From NCBI GenBank assembly GCA_963748815.1, contig CAVVKJ010000016.1, forward strand, positions 1 to 18,596: DNA of 18,596 nt. The letters run 5' to 3'. The notes under the pieces are model-generated. The model had not been told where the DNA came from, did no database searches, and saw nothing but the letters and a program-made list of their open reading frames with translations. Both the position numbers and the translations under genes were made by a program. Source of the DNA: an uncultured Gemmatimonadales bacterium (lineage in GTDB: Bacteria; Gemmatimonadota; Gemmatimonadetes; Gemmatimonadales; GWC2-71-9). Below, in pieces: positions 16,985 to 18,596 of this stretch (position 1 is its first letter; every line of letters begins with the position of its first letter).

Positions 16985-17163
16985 CACCGAGGGGGTGGGC
17001 ATACGCCCACCCCTTGGACAGCGAATCCACGACTTCGCGCCCGTCGTCAGGTAGTGGTGTTCACTCACGACCTCCCGCAAAGCCCATTGACCGCGACTAT
17101 CTCCCCGTCCAACACGAGATCATGAACCCGCCGTTGCAGGGGCGGGCATATGCCCGCACCTGC
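16985..17163. repeat. Two-hairpin REP/REPIN-like element, copy D
   Basis: GGGGTGGGC-ATAC-GCCCACCCC (16992-17013) and GCAGGGGCGGGC-ATAT-GCCCGCACCTGC (17136-17163). It is collinear with copy A at a constant offset of 13452 at both ends. Confidence 0.8.
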
Positions 17164-17180
17164 CCGGAAGGGTCCAAGCC

Positions 17181-17225
17181 GACCCCCCTCTCCCGGAGGG
17201 AGAGGGGGATAAGGGGGTGAGGGGT
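17181..17225. repeat. TCTCCC/GGGAGA-GGGTGAGGG palindromic repeat (decayed second unit near 17268-17292)
   Basis: GACCCCCCTCTCCCGGAGGGAGAGGGGGATAAGGGGGTGAGGGGT. The first 27 nt are identical to 18435-18461. Confidence 0.8.
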
Positions 17226-17299
17226 TACAACAGCGGGGCCGCGGGGCAGGGGGCGAAACGGACACCGGTCCCCCCCCTTCCCGAAGGGGAAGATTCCGG

Positions 17300-17305
17300 T
17301 AGAAT
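17300..17305 (+). promoter_or_regulatory. Candidate -10 box (leaderless-type)
   Basis: TAGAAT, then 6 nt, then the ATG at 17312. Confidence 0.5.
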
Positions 17306-17311
17306 GCTGGA

Positions 17312-18421
17312 ATGATCCGGCTCACCCCCTGCTTGGTTGTGGGATTGTTGCTGCTCGGCGCCTGCGCCGACGAGCCCCACCAGCCTATTGCGACGGATGG
17401 CGCCACGGCCACCGGTTCGCTCCAGATCAGTGCGACACCCATTCAGATCCTCGCCCCATCCGACAGTGATGGAGTTCCCCTGTTCGGCAACATTGCCGAC
17501 GCGACACGCCTGACATCAGGAATCGTCGCGGTCGTCGATCGGCGCATCGATGCCGTCACGCTCATTGATCCGAGAGGCCAACTCGTTAGTCAAGTTGGAC
17601 GGAACGGGGAGGGTCCGGGCGAGTTCCGCTCGCTCGGCGGGATTGGCCAGTGTGCCCCTGACACCTTGTTCGTCTGGGACCGGATGAACGACCGGATGAA
17701 CATCCTGGGTCCCGATGGTGCTTTTGTGAACTCCTACCGCCCACCGGGCGATCTGGTGGACCGGTACTGTGCGGGTGCTACCCGGTTCCTGGTATGGACG
17801 CGATTCCTGAATTTTGGAACCCCGACTGCAGAGTCACCACCGATCCGCGGTATCGCTGTGCTTGTCTCCGCTTGGGGTGACTCAGTGGGTGGGCTGGGAG
17901 AAATCCAGGCGGGCGAGGTGTGGCCGTTGGGTGCGGTCAGCCAATTCGCCGTCACCGAGGCTGGGGTCTATTTGGGAACTGCCGACACCGCGGTCGTGTC
18001 CCTATACGATATGACCGGTCAGAGACTGCGATCGATTGCCGTGGGGGATGCGCACCGGGCGGCCTCGGAGGTGGACTATGACGCGGCCATCACGAGTTTG
18101 ACCAGTACCGTACCGGGTACCGCCGAGGAAGTTGCCAGCATGAAGCAGTTCATGCGCAAGCGCTTTCCGATGCCCACATTCCTGCCGGTGTATCGCGCGA
18201 TCTTCACCAATGGTCGCGGGGGCCTGTTTGTGGTTACCTCACCGCTCGGAGCTGACGCCACCACGATTCGGGTGTTCGATGGTGCCGGCGCTTCGCTCGG
18301 CGACATTCTCATTCCCGGGGACTTGGAAATATTTGAAATCGGCAGCGACTATCTGCTGGGGATGACGCAAGATGCGGAGGGAGAACAGCAACTGGTGGTG
18401 TACTCGCTGACGGTTGATTGA
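17312..18421 (+). CDS. Six-bladed beta-propeller lipoprotein (paralogue 7), 369 aa
   Basis: Lipobox LGA-C. Motifs LFGNIADATRLTSG, VGRNGEGPGEF, DTLFVWD, VFDGAGASLGDILIP and EIGSDYLLGMTQDAEGEQQLVVY. Confidence 0.9.
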   Translation: MIRLTPCLVVGLLLLGACADEPHQPIATDGATATGSLQISATPIQILAPSDSDGVPLFGNIADATRLTSGIVAVVDRRIDAVTLIDPRGQLVSQVGRNGEGPGEFRSLGGIGQCAPDTLFVWDRMNDRMNILGPDGAFVNSYRPPGDLVDRYCAGATRFLVWTRFLNFGTPTAESPPIRGIAVLVSAWGDSVGGLGEIQAGEVWPLGAVSQFAVTEAGVYLGTADTAVVSLYDMTGQRLRSIAVGDAHRAASEVDYDAAITSLTSTVPGTAEEVASMKQFMRKRFPMPTFLPVYRAIFTNGRGGLFVVTSPLGADATTIRVFDGAGASLGDILIPGDLEIFEIGSDYLLGMTQDAEGEQQLVVYSLTVD

Positions 18422-18596
18422 CCCCTCACTCTAAGACCCCCCTCTCCCGGAGGGAGAGGGGCTGGGGGTGAGGGGTCTAAGCCGGCAGGGCCGGCAGGTA
18501 GGCACGCGACCCCCCCCTCTCCCCGAGGGAGAGGGGTAGGGGGTGAGGGGTAACGACAAGAGGGCAGGCGGACCGATCCAGCGTTCGCCCCCCCCT
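18420..18596. repeat. Tandem array of TCTCCC/GGGAGA-GGGTGAGGG repeats, truncated by the window end
   Basis: Units at 18435-18476 and 18508-18551, with a probable third starting at about 18587 (period 75-78 nt). Confidence 0.8.

Noticed and set aside
10485..17030. ORF-track N-terminal extensions of the propeller genes (starts 10485, 11877, 17030)
   Set aside because: They run through palindromic repeats. Signal peptides and SD-like sequences support starts at 10677, 12033 and 16829.
9074..18421. Integron cassette array
   Set aside because: I found no RYYYAAC...GTTRRRY attC pattern after the genes, orientations are mixed and there is no integrase.
18435..18596. CRISPR array
   Set aside because: Only two complete, non-identical units, a dispersed copy at 17181, no cas genes and no AT-rich leader in the window.

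Overview
High-GC bacterial DNA. The gene content (a Big_2+PD40 protein, a run of exported six-bladed beta-propeller proteins) suggests Gemmatimonadota, which is an inference only. The left half (203-8901) looks like core or housekeeping content: a QW-repeat prenyltransferase/squalene-cyclase-like protein, a membrane protein, a lipoprotein amidohydrolase, a Lys/Ala/Pro-rich histone-H1-like protein, a coupled operon (Ig-like/TolB-like protein, Zn-binding MDR oxidoreductase, CmpX-like membrane protein), a CBS-pair protein and two small ORFs. The right half (9074-18421) is an array of seven divergent exported beta-propeller paralogues (six with a lipobox, six with the GxxGxGPxE(F/Y) motif). It also holds a 63-aa ORF that matches only the last blade of a neighbouring propeller. 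Most intergenic spaces carry small palindromic or tandem repeats from about seven sequence families. These include a two-hairpin GTAG-REP-like element in four copies, two of which share an exact 147-bp hairpin spacing, and direct TCTCCC/GGGAGA repeats bracketing the last, lower-GC propeller gene. Two single-base frameshifts (about 7651 and 7898) are probably assembly errors. No rRNA, tRNA, transposase, integrase or cas gene was seen.
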